64,000 bases of DNA from contig CM119270.1 of NCBI GenBank assembly GCA_051294375.1, forward strand, positions 13,929,316 through 13,993,315, given 5' to 3'. The notes beneath the pieces were generated by a model. It was not told the DNA's origin. It did no database searches and saw nothing but the letters and a program-made list of their open reading frames with translations. Positions 1 to 12,000 of this stretch are shown here, in pieces; position 1 is the stretch's first letter, and every line of letters starts with the position of its first letter. A program made the translations under genes and the position numbers. Origin of the DNA: Paraspadella gotoi (Eukaryota > Animalia > Chaetognatha).

Positions 1-1924
1 GTCGTCGTCGTCGTCGTCGTCGAGCCGCGCTTTTTCAGTTTCTCCTAAAAAACAGGAGAAAATCAACGAAATTCTCTCCCCTCTCTCTCTCTCTCTCTCT
101 CTCTTACCTTTATGGTGGGTTCACCCTTCAAAATGTGGCACATAATGGAAAGAATGGACTCTGACATCCTTGGTCCATAGACCGGAAGAGGCTTCTTGTT
201 CCACAACATCATGACAGCGTTGAAGGCGGATTTGTGGGTGGCGACGAGATAGAGCACCGGGTCGAAGGCGGGCGGGGGCGAACTAGACGAGCCTGGTAAA
301 GAAGACGAGGGAGGGAGTTGATGATAATGACGGACTTCTGGTCTATCATCGACTAAGTTTATAAACTTACCCGTCTGCTTGGTTGGCAGAACGTGGGGAG
401 TCTCCAACATATTCTTGACGTTGACCATCTTCTCGAGGAGCATGAGCCACGAGTCGAGAAATTCCCCGGCGCCGTCGGGGAGGTCGGGACTCTCGAGTCC
501 TTCCTCTGGAGGGACTTGACCCCCGCAGGACAAAGCCCAGTAAAAGATCCTGGTCGAAAAAACAAATTTTAAGATATATTTTTCACAACCTAGTAGATTG
601 TGACCAAGTTGTAACATAAAAATTCAAAACTCACTCGAAGAAGGCGTCCTGTCCGCCCGACTCGACAAACTTCTGCAGCATTAAGTGAAAGGGATTCTTC
701 TTGTCGTCGAAGAGCATTGGGGAAGTGAAGCCCAACGCGCAAATGTAGAAGGTGAGTCTGGGTTCAACCGAGAAGTTATTCATATTATCTCATAGATCCC
801 GAACCGCGAACAATAACTCATACTTACCTAAGCTTGGGCTTGAGACAATAAGGCGGCGGCGTCCACGTGAAGCCTTGACAGATGAGACGCGCGACAGAGG
901 CGGAGACGGCGCGGGCATAGTCCGAGGGGATGTTGTTTGGATTGGGGAGCATGCCTCGACTGCGTTGGCGGATGGGAGAACCTAAAAAAAAAAATAATAA
1001 CATCATAAAAAAATCAATCAAATCAATCAATCAATCTCCTCTTCGTCTCTTTCTCATTGGAGAATATGATGTGCTGCTTCTTTGCGTTTTTCATTCACAA
1101 CAGATTTCCGAAAAAGTAGTCAATTTAGATATACAGTAATAGTTAATACTTTTAATACATTATCCGTAACGAATCTTACTTCCTTATCTCAATATTTAAC
1201 GTAATATCCACCGTATTATATTTAGATATAGTCATGGCTTCAGCCAATCAATCGAACTTAATTTTAAATATGAGGCTTCGTACTAGTAGAGATTGTAATA
1301 GTAGATATTGTTTTGATTCTTTTTTTCGTTGTTGGAAATTTAATAAAAACGTCGATTTTGTAAACAAAAATATACCTATTTTACCTTTTCTAATATGAGG
1401 CTTATAATTACAACAGTTTATGAAAATATCTGTTCAACAAATAAATACATATGTAATTTGTGAACCGAATTCAATGATTTTCGCATTCATCTCTTTGTAC
1501 GTCGGCTTCTCATGGAAAATATATGTGGTTTACAATTTGCTTCGTCTTTACTCAGCATTTTCATTGACTACAGTAGTATTTCTATTAGTTCTATCTTACC
1601 AACGCTTAATTTAACCAGAAGACCAAAGAGTTCGGCGAGCGAACGGCCAAGCCGAGACGAGACGGTGAGCAGTGGCTTAATCTGGCGGAGGTGCTGTGAA
1701 TGAACAGAGGTCGGGGTGGAGGCGACATCCTTGGAAACTGTATCCGAGTTGGAGGTCAACGATGACGACGATGGCGCCGTCGATGGTTCCGCAAAAGTGA
1801 CCGACGGAGGTCCTGAGATTATACATACAAAACATACGTAATTTTCATCAATTGACACTGTTCCCCAGTGCTCCACTCTAGTATTCACGTATTCTTTCTA
1901 CTTCTGTTCATTGTTTTGAAATAG

Positions 1925-1976
<52 letters not shown>

Positions 1977-3294
1977 CTCTGCCTTCCCCCCTCGGGTTTA
2001 CTCTGAGCGTAGGCGGCGGGAAGGGAGCCCTCCGTAGGCGACGTCGACGTCGTCGTGGGCGTGGCATCGGATCGTCGAGGGGCGTCGTCGACGTCCATCG
2101 GTTGTTCGTCGGACACCGACGCGGACGAATCGTCCGTCGTCGTCCCGGCGGCGTGATCTTTCGTCGCAGAAATGAGAAGGTCCAAGTCTTGGCGACCGAA
2201 AGAATCGGCGCTGGGGCCGGTTGCAGCGCCGCCAGCGCCAGGGCCGCCGTCCGAGCAGAGCCCTAGCAGAACCGTGCTCTCCCACACCAGAGCGTTATAA
2301 AGCTGCGAGAGCGAGTGGAGCAACGAAACTCCGAGGTCCGATCCCCAATGAGAGAGGGAGAGCGTGCGAATCTCCGTCTGACCCACGCGGCAGATGTGGA
2401 CGAACATGGTGATGTAGGCGTGAACCGCCGTCAGGCTGTGAAGGAGCGGAGTGGCCTGAAATCGAGACGGGTAAGATTTTTTAAGTATATTTTTAATGTA
2501 ATGATAATTCACAAATCGCTCAGAAAAAAACATCACCTGCGGATTCAAAGTCACGTCCATTCCGGGACACTTGACGGTGGCTTCGGAAAATTCCCTGAGC
2601 AGGTGCGACCCGCCCGGAGCCGGTAGAGGATGATGCAGAGGTTCGAGTGATTGGAGACACTTTTTTAGTTGTTGGAGGCCTTGAGTGAGCACCTGACGTA
2701 AAAGGGGAATTGGAGTTTGAGTTTGAATTTTAAACTTCTGGGAAAGACTAACGACTTTGTACCTGCGGTTCGTGCGAAAGCGTGAGAATGGCCTTGGCCA
2801 CCGACGCGACCGCCTGACACGACTGAGAGGATGGGAAGTCGACGGGAAGATTGGGAAGCGAGAGAATGCCAAGCAACGGAGTCAAGCCGCCGTGGGCGAC
2901 GAATTCGCGACAATGATCGTCCGTTGTGTTGTTGCTTAAAATTGCCTCAACGAATTTCATCTGGAAATTAATTTAAAATGAAAAAAAAAAAAAAAATTAA
3001 TTAAACAATTAAAACAAAGGTGAAAATCTTTGAGCCCGGAGAAATAAAAAATTCAAATGGTAATCCTTAATTCCTTTATGGAATGACGATTCAATATCGG
3101 TCCGCCTCGCCACGATCTAGTGCATAGCCGCGAAAAAAAACCGCGCCCCTTTTACGCGCCCAACACCCTCAGAAGAAAGTCCTTCGAACTTTTTTCCGGG
3201 GGCGGGGATGTGGCTACCAAGGTTTCGTAGCCACGGGGTAAACCCTCGGTGGTCATTGTGTCGGGCCGTATCCGTAGATTCGTTCATTCATTCA

Positions 3295-3350
<56 letters not shown>

Positions 3351-6300
3351 CTCTCTCGGTCAGTGCCGCGCTTTCTCTCTTCAGTCTCTTTCGCTTTCTA
3401 TATTCGATAACATGTCTTTTCCGTGTCTGTAAATAACAATTTTCAATAAATGTAATTATGTGCCTCAACATAGGAATAGAGAATATAGGTCAAGTAACGA
3501 TTGGCTGTCGCACGATTCTATTTACAATATATTTCTTACCACGTTGACAACATATTCCACCAAAGGAATCGGCTTCTTTTCAATCCGAGCGGCGTCGGCG
3601 ACGGTATTCGAGGAAACTGCGCCATCGGTGGACGGCGCCAAGGATGCCGATAGAGTCGACGAGCGTGCGTTAGGAGCAGCGGCGCCGGTCGAAGCATCCT
3701 CGTCCTCCTCTTCTTCCTCATCGGATGATTCCCCTAGAAACAAAAAAATATGGTTTATGTAAATGTGTAAACTTATGGCATATTCTTTTCTTAAACGGAC
3801 CTCTTGTATGCCTGTTGGCCCCGAGACCGCGGTTGCCCGTGCGGTTCCTTGTTTCGACGCCGTGTCCGGACGACTGCCCCCCGCGGCCATGCGTCGTCCC
3901 GACAGCCGTCGACGAAGAAGAGCGCTGCGCGACGTATGCTGGGTTCGTCCCAAGTTCGCGGATGTTCTCAAGGAGCTGGATGATGGCTTTGATGGCATCG
4001 AGTCGCACCGAAGGCTGATGGCGCATGAGTTCGTCCATTGCGTTGCCGAGGGAAGAGGCCGTGTCGGCCAGAGGGTCCGACGATCTCCGCCGTCTCATCG
4101 CCATGAGGTATTCGGGCGAGAGTAGGACTTTGAAGAGGCGTTGAAAGGGATTGCAAGCGACAAAAGATTCGAGGCCGCGGGCGTTGAGGCAGAGAGCCGA
4201 GAAGACGTGGGGAAGGCTGCTGAGAACCTCGCGCGTTGCCGGAACCTGAAATTCAAATTGAGTGAGCATAATTAGAAGTAACATAACATTCGAAGAATTT
4301 CAAAATTTAACTAACGTCTTTGACTAGAAGGGCGTGAAGAACGACTTCGGTGAGGCCATTGTCCTGGATCGAGGAAAGGAGCGAAGGCTCCTGGAAGATG
4401 TAACCGTTGACGACGTCGGTGGCCAAGAGGAACAATGAGGGTCCGTAAAACTCAGCGTTGGAAATCAGGTGCTGGCATTAGGTGATAAAAAACGTTAAAA
4501 GAGAAGCTTTAAATTTAAATATTTTTACAAGAGAATAGTGACCTTGAGCGATCGAGGGAGATTGCCGTCCATCATGTGTCGAATCGAGTCGGTGAAGTTG
4601 GGGTCGGGGATGGCTTTCTTCAAAAAAGTCAACATAGATTTGAGCAGAGCCGCCCGTTGGGGAAGACATTGGACGCCGGGACGAGGAGCTAGTAGGATAA
4701 TTAAATAGTATAAAACCGTAATTAAATTTCAAACTCAACCTTCTAATAATAAAATAATAAAACAATAAAACAATAAATAAAACAATAAAACTAACCTTGT
4801 AGTCGCTGCTCTTCCTCTTCCTCCCCGAGCGGAGAGGACGTTTCCTCGCCGTCACTGTCATTCACAGCTTCCTCCGTCGTGTCCATCAACGACGCTGCTC
4901 TCTCGATTTCGTCCGACGGGGCGGGTCGATCGTTCGCGGGCGTTTCCGGAGGCGCACTTCCAGCAGGTGAGTCGGTCGACTCTTTCGCGGCGTCTGCGGG
5001 TGGCGCTTCGGCTGAACCGACTGTAAAAACAAGTATCTTGTCAAAACTGCCCAGATGAGTGCTTCATCACCGAAACAAAGGTTGCTCACTAACCAGTACG
5101 ATTAGAAGGTCTAATAACGAAGGGTTGCTCCTTACGGCAAATGTTGACCTCATGATCGAGACGGGAGATAAAGGCTTCGAGTCCCTGGTGAATCTGAAAC
5201 CCGTTCATGTCAAGGTTTGTGATGAGATCGATCACCCGGACTGCGCGCGTCACAAACTGTTGAAAAGAAATACGTATAAATAGTATAAATAAAAACTGAA
5301 TTCAGCCTTTTTCGGAAGCAAAGACAAATGCATGCCACTTATTAATACCGTTATATGATCCTGATCCTCGCTGTGATGATTGATGACTTTGAGCAAAGAC
5401 TCCATCATACCACAGGCGACCAAGGCATCTCCACCTTGTTCGTACGACGCCAAATGATACAAGAAGGAGAAAAGAGCCGTTGCGTAGGCGGCAGGAAATC
5501 CAGCTTGTATCATGCGGTTGTCCAGCATCGCCTGTGAAAGTCGGATTTCGAAATTTGCGTACTTGTTTTTAGGTTTAGTAACAAGTATACAAGAATACAA
5601 GAATACAAGAATACCTGGGTCTCCCGTTCTTAAAAAAATATTATTATCACCTGGATGCATGTTCGGACTAGCTGAGGAAGAAACCCGTGATAAGAAGCGG
5701 CGCCCGTGGCGTCTATAATCAGCGTCATTTTGGGATTTCTATCCAAATGAATAATGGAGGTAAGCGTTCGGAGCGACGCTGCTTTGATCTCCGTGAGCAC
5801 TACGGGATAATCAAAGGCGGCACCGTCAAGAATTATCTTCTGCGGCGGCTGCGCCGTGGTCGCCCTCGTCGACGGTCTCAGTTCGAGAATGTCCACGAGC
5901 TCCTCGATTAGTCCATTGTAGAGGATAGAGTTTAGGTTGTCCACGAGCGAGTTTGAATAGACTAGAATGCTGAGCGCCTGCAGGCGGGCCTGGACGCATT
6001 GTATGCGAGTGGAAGTTCGCGCGAAACAGTAAGCGAGGCGAACGTGGGTGAAGAGAAGGTCTAGCTTGTCCTCGGGGATGGCGAATCGGACCAGCAGCTC
6101 TTCCATCAGTTCCGATGGGAGCTTTGGGTGTGACCGGTCGATGTTCTCGATATGAATGCATTGAAGAACGCTGGCGTTGTTGGGCTTGGAGCTGGGCTTG
6201 TGCGGGGAGGCGACGCCCAGGGCGGGCGAGCTTGTGCCGGCGGAAGGGGCTTCCGAGTAGAATTCGAAGTGTAGCGTGGTGGCGGAAGAGGGAAAATCGC

Positions 6301-7206
6301 TCAGATCCAAGTCCTAAGGAAAACAATACAAGTAGTTTCCCTTGAGATAAAAGCATGGCGAATTCTCTCATCTTCCGCGAACCTGACAGCATTGAGCCAA
6401 ACCGAAGCCATTCTCTTTGCCTCCCCAACTCTCCGCTAGATAGGTGAGCCGGCCCAGCAGTCGTTGCTTTTTGTCAATCGGCAACCGAGTGATGTAGTTA
6501 GAACGTTTGGCAAAGACGTAGAGAAGATTGAGCACCGCCAATACGATGGTCATGTCGGAGGAGGCGAGAAGAGTCGTCAAATGCTCCATGGAGGAGTACA
6601 AATGGCTGAATGAGGAAAGCAGAAACAATTGAGCAACCACCAAATAGTAACAAAAAGCGCAACAAATAAAAGAAAAATCGGCTACCGAGAAAAGCTGTGC
6701 TCGATGAGAAGAGCAGTGACGTGGAGGACTCCGACGAGGAGATCCCGGTTGTCGAAAGAGGGAACGTCGCAGCGTCGAACCCATCGCGACTCCGACTCGG
6801 TGTTGGCCAAAGGGATGGGGGAACAGGCCTAAAAAGGCAACATGTCAAAATTTATGACTCCACTATCCACATTGAATATACAAAAATAGATACGAACACG
6901 AAAACAAGGCAAATACAATGAAACCTGATCTAAGATTGCGTCGAATATATCGAGGACGTCGATCCAGTGATACAGCTCACATTTTCCAACCGTCCATACT
7001 TTAACGGTCTTTAGAAACTTGGACAACTCCTGGTGACTCGCGCGAGAAGCTTTTTTGATTTCTTCGATCAGTAACTTGCAGTCGGGCGGCTGTAAAAAGA
7101 AACACGAATTGGTATGGATTAATCTTTGAACATTACAAAATTTTCGAAAAGTCGCACTCACCACTTCCGACGCGCATTTTTTAAGTTTGTTTCGATCAAT
7201 TTTCAT
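1..7206 (-). CDS. HUWE1: E3 ubiquitin-protein ligase HUWE1 (Tom1/Mule/ARF-BP1), N-terminal armadillo-like DUF908/DUF913 region; multi-exon, 3' part lies beyond the window start
   Basis: Starts [15 protein letters not shown]|[10 protein letters not shown]...[26 protein letters not shown], closely matching the HUWE1 N-terminus. Later exons give [97 protein letters not shown] and [14 protein letters not shown]. The short GT-AG introns join in frame. Confidence 0.97.
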
Positions 7207-7296
7207 GTTGGCAGTTTCAACTGCGACTGGCAGTTAAAAAGCAACGTTCTCAATAATACTTTTTACAGAAGTTCATTTTTACACCGCTTTGATTGC

Positions 7297-8039
7297 TTCT
7301 GTCGCGATCACTAGAAAAAAAAACGAAAAAAAAGAATGGTTCTAAGACAATCAAATATACAGCAAATAAAAGATATCCTTATCTTTGAGAACAACCAATT
7401 TTTAAATTAAGCAACAGAATTCTTCGTTTTCTTAACTTATCTAGAATTCTACGTCTACAGTGACAAGAGTATTGCAATAAAATAAGAAATATTTTGTCTT
7501 CATAATCATAAATGAAACATTTAAAAAAAAATAAAAATAAAAAAATGAAAAGAAGAGCATCAACTGGTTTCAGCAGTTTGTTTTGATGGCTTCTGTCGCG
7601 ATCACTAGAAAAAAACAAATATACAGCAAATAAAAGATATCCTAATCTTTGAGAACAACCAATTTTTAAATCAAGCAACAGAATTCTTCGTTTTCTTAAC
7701 TTATCTACGTCTATGGCGACAATAGTATTGCAATAAAATAAGAAATATTTTGTCTTCATAATCATAAATGAAACATTTTTAAAAATTAAAAAAAAATAGA
7801 AAAGAAAAGCATCAACTGGTTTCAGCAGTTTGTTTTGATGACTTCTGTCGCGATCACTAGAAAAAAATTTGTAAAGAATGGTTCTAAGACAATCAAATCT
7901 ACAGCAAATAAAAAATATCCTTATCTTTGAGAACAACCAATTTTTAAATCAAGCAACAGAATTCTTTGTTTTCTTAACAACTACGTCTACAGCGACAAGA
8001 ATATTGCATATAAATAAGAAATATTTTGTCTTTATAATC
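7297..8039. repeat. Tandem triplication (units of about 250-295 bp) of the F-box 3'UTR / HUWE1 upstream spacer
   Basis: CTGTCGCGATCACTAGAAAAAA recurs near 7299, 7593 and 7845. CATCAACTGGTTTCAGCAGT recurs near 7558, 7810 and 9028. The third unit continues at 8969-9055 after an insertion. Confidence 0.92.
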
Positions 8040-8127
8040 GTATTGGATCTTTCTTTTTGTTGTTTATAATGTAACTTTAAGGAGAGTAACGAAAAATTCG
8101 ATTGAACAACAATTTAAGTTTTTTAAG

Positions 8128-8163
8128 GACATGTTTCGACTCTGTTTTTCGAGTCTTCATTAG
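8128..8163 (-). ncRNA. Minimal type I hammerhead ribozyme, G5A variant (predicted inactive)
   Basis: Minus strand reads CTAATGA-A-GACTC-GAAAAACA-GAGTC-GAAA-CATG-TC. It is identical to the 8878 copy except CUGA>CUAA. Confidence 0.8.
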
Positions 8164-8877
8164 CAAGTGAAAGTATATCAGTCACATATCTCAAACATCA
8201 GTTATGGAGAGAGAGAGAGAGAGAGAAAAAAGAAAGAGTTTCCAACAAAGAATTGAGTGAGTGATAGTGGTCAGATGTGAGGAAAGGTGAAGGTAAGGGC
8301 AGGGAAGAAGAGAGTGGGACATGGAAGGATCTAAATTATCAAAGAGATATTCGAGTGGCACTAGGCATCTTTCCAGCCGGATCACTACCAGATCCTTCCA
8401 TGTCCCACTCCACCACAATATCCTCTCAACCTATGACAGGTCAATGACCCAACCACATCGTCCCTTAATAGCCTGGCCGGGGGGGGGCCAGCTCATTTTG
8501 AGCTCTTTCTTCCCTTACCATTTCACTTACTCTTAACTTATCTATACCTCACTGCTTATTCTTCTATTTCACTTTCCTTATTTCAAATTTCAAACTCAGT
8601 TGACATCTAACTTATTAAATATTGTTATACATTTAGTTTATTCTCTAATTTTGTCATTGTTGTACATTGCCTAATGTATTGATTTGTCTCTCTCTTTCAC
8701 CAAATTTTTCAATCTTCAAATTCACTTACTCTCTTCTTCCCTGCCCTTACCTTCACCTGTCCTCACATCTGACTACTATCCCTCACTAAATTCTTTGTTG
8801 GAAACTCTTTTTTCTCTCTCTCTCTCTCTCTCTCCAAAACTAATGTTTGAGATATGTGACTGATATATTTTCACTTG

Positions 8878-8913
8878 CTGATGAAGACTCGAAAAACAGA
8901 GTCGAAACATGTC
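8878..8913 (+). ncRNA. Minimal type I hammerhead ribozyme (PLE type), intact core
   Basis: Reads CTGATGA-A-GACTC-GAAAAACA-GAGTC-GAAA-CATG-TC. It has a perfect CUGAnGA box, a 5-bp stem II, a GAAA box, a palindromic ACATGT helix III and a GUC cleavage triplet (cut after 8913). Helix I is weak. Confidence 0.88.
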
Positions 8914-9039
8914 CTGAAAAAACATAATAAATTGTTGTTCAAACGAATTTTTCGTTACTCTCCTTAAAGTCTTAATAATCATAAATGAAACATTTTAAAA
9001 AATTAAGAAAAAAAAAATAGAAAAGAGCATCAACTGGTT

Positions 9040-12000
9040 TCAGCAGTTCGTTTTTCTCATGCGAAACAAAACCTGCGGATCCGTCTTCCAAAACAAAGAC
9101 GTGCTCAAAAAAGAGTTATTTGTCAAAATCTTAAGTTTTTCACGGGGAACGTGAGACGTAATCTGCCGGTAAAATCCGGCAAAGGAAGAAGCCGAGCAAA
9201 GAAGCGGAAATTTATGGTCGGGCGGGGCTTTGCACATGATTATGTCGCGTCGCTTTTTGTCGTAGAGACCGCAGGTCCCGTGAGCCATGGTGCTATGAGG
9301 CCCGGATAATGAAGCGTTGTTAGCTGCGACAATCCACTTTACAAGGTTTGGAATTTTGGCCACGCGCTCAGCCAGGCTAAAGTAGAAGGCAGCCGAATGT
9401 TTTCCCCCGTACTGAAACTTTCGGAGTCGATGAAGTTTGCATAGTTGCCGCTGATTGATGTGATTGGAAGACGGGCCGTTGCTGGGATGGTTGTTGTTCG
9501 AGTTTCGCGTATCGTTCTCCATTAACTGTAGAGACTCGTCCAGCAAGTCTAATAAGAGTTCCTCCGGCCCACATCGAAGTATAGCCAAGTTTTCAGTCAT
9601 CTGCAGCGTCTCCTTAAGGTGCGCGGTCGAGTCACTATGCTCCATCTTTAATACCTCCAACCCGTAGATGGGCACGTTGCGAGGAACGTTATCGCGGGCG
9701 TCTCGAGCCGAACGCAGAATAAAAGATAAACGTAAAGTCGGGCGGGCAGCGTGAAAGGCGAGCCACGAATCTTCGTCCAGAGAAAAAGAGTCAGAATGGT
9801 GGAGCGATCGCTGCACACAGTAGACGATGAGGTGATTGAGTTGTGGCAGATGCTTGGCTAACGTGTCCAGGGACTGGGCATGTAAGTGGTTGGTCGAAAC
9901 GCAGACCTGTTCCAAGGCTTGAAAGGTCAAGACCCGACTCGGCCAATACATGCAGCCGGTGAAGTAAACGAGGTCGAGACTTTTCAACGAGGTTGCGGAA
10001 TTACGGTACAGAGAGTTCCAAAGAGTTTTCTCGGCTTGTGGCCAGCTATTACTGCCGATAGTGAAGCGGAGGTTGATCATGGAGAGATGTTCCAGCTCAA
10101 AGCTGCGGGAGGGAGAAAAATATTCACAACAAAGAGAGACGAGAAATAATGCGAGACTTTCAATTTTAGTTGCTTTACGTTTAGAATTAGAAGTGATCTC
10201 ATGAAGTATTTTGCTTTTAACCGTGTCTTCAAAATTTTCAATTTCCACTTTTTTTGTGCAAATGATTTTCGTCCGTCCGTCTTTTTGTCTGTCTGAAGGT
10301 CCGTCCCACCTTTTCATTAACTCCAATTACTCGTGATTGGATGGATGGATTGGAATGAATTTTGTGTGTTGGTAGGAAAGTGTGAGATTGAGCTGGACAT
10401 AAAGTTGCGATGTAATCGTGCGAGTGGAAATGAGTATAAATGGGGAAAAAAAGTCACATTTACTTAAAGTTTTATTACTTATATTTACTCATAATTAATA
10501 TATTTATTAAAAAATAGATAGCTAAATTGAAATTGAATTTTGTGTGTGAGTAGGAAAGTATATGCTTAAGCTGGATATATTTTTTTAGTGGAATCGTAGG
10601 AGTGGAAAAGAGTTTAAATTAGAAAACCAAAATATATTTATTGGAATTTCTCTCTCTCTGTCTCTCTTTGATTAATTGATTGATTGTTAATTTGGTTAAA
10701 TTATTTATTAATAATTTTTTTAATTGATTTATTGAGAAATCTGTTGTGATTTAGTTATGATTACTTGATTAGTTATGTTTCTCTCGCTCTTTATTTATGT
10801 ATTTTCTTGTCATCATCTTGTATCATTGTATCATTGATTAATGATCGATTATCATAACGTCAATTAAAGATTATCTTTTTCACCTAAATAATTAGGTGAA
10901 AAAATTCTGTAAATTTAAAAGTTTTAAATAATTATAAAATTGGTACAACCAATATAAAAATTATTGAATAAATAATTGAATCAATCAATCTCATTTAAGA
11001 ACACATTCATTTAATAAATAAGCTATTTTGCCCCTGCCTTTGGACATGCAAGTTGAAAAAATTATGCTAGTTGAAAAAAATAATGAAAATTCAAAAAATT
11101 ATAGAAGTTTAAAAAAATATGCAATTTAAAAATATTATGTAAGTAAAATAATAAACAAAATATTAAATTATTATATTTATTGATAAAATATTTTTTTAAA
11201 TTATAGAATATTAAATGTGCTGCAGTAACATTTAAGTCTAATCCGTTAAAAACGATTTACATTTATTGACGCAGCCACAGGTTCTTTGACTTATGAATTG
11301 ACTTAGAAATCACAAAAAATAATCGTGATTATCATCTGTTTAACTGATTACTGCGAAATTATCGTAGGCAGATCCGACATTGTTTGCTCAAGATTAGAAA
11401 GCATCAAAGGACCTTTAACGACGTGACAATACAGTCCATAGTGTCCAAAGTTAGGAGGCAAGGGGACTTGTTTATACTAAATGAATAAATAATTTTTTAT
11501 TTGTTTTATTAATTTTATGATAATAATAGACTGGATTTCTTTTCAAATCCTTAGGCTTACCCGTTTCTAACTTCTTTCTCTTCCTGGTCGTCGTCATAAT
11601 CGTTCTTCAGCAAGTTGTCCTCAGTCCTTTCAATTAACGCAGCGACGTCGTCTTCGTCTTCGTGGAAGATTTTCTGGAAAAATAATCCTAAGGATGGGAG
11701 GAAAAGAGGCTCCACAGCGGGCGACCAGCCCACGCCTCCGGCCGTCCACCAATCCTGGTCATGAAAGGCCCCGACTTTCTCGTCCCCGGACAGAGTCAAC
11801 GACTTTAAGACGCGTCCGTCGCAAAAATTCGCGCCCCAGTTGAGTATCCGTAAAGTGAGCGGAAGTTCCTTGAGATCGAAGAGAGCCACGCGTCGCGCGG
11901 ATGGCCCGTGGCGCCGAACCAGGTAAGCGTGGCGCTTGACATTAGAGGCTTCAAGATAAAGGGCGCCCGAAAATGAGTCACTGAGGAAGATACGATGCCA

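Larger units (their letters stand above)
8040..8968. mobile_element. Non-autonomous Penelope-like element with inverted pseudo-LTRs, each carrying a minimal hammerhead ribozyme
   Basis: About 250-bp inverted arms (8074-8330 vs 8711-8970), each containing (GA)n and a hammerhead core. An unpaired ~34-nt extension lies at 8040-8073. The element is flanked by a near-perfect 12-bp duplication, GTCTTTATAATC (8028-8039) and GTCTTAATAATC (8969-8980), of a site that is single in the other repeat units. Confidence 0.75.

Noticed and set aside
3165-3270. RNase MRP/P RNA (GAAAGTCC motif)
   Set aside because: No complementary 3' strand of the P4 pseudoknot was found.
7379-7936. 185-aa ORF upstream of HUWE1
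   Set aside because: It is a product of the AT-rich tandem repeat, with repeated peptide text and no domain.
8081-8963. Kolobok/piggyBac-type MITE with TTAA target duplication
   Set aside because: The TTAA lies inside the inverted arms. The hammerheads, one-sided tail and 12-bp flanking duplication fit a Penelope-like retroelement better.
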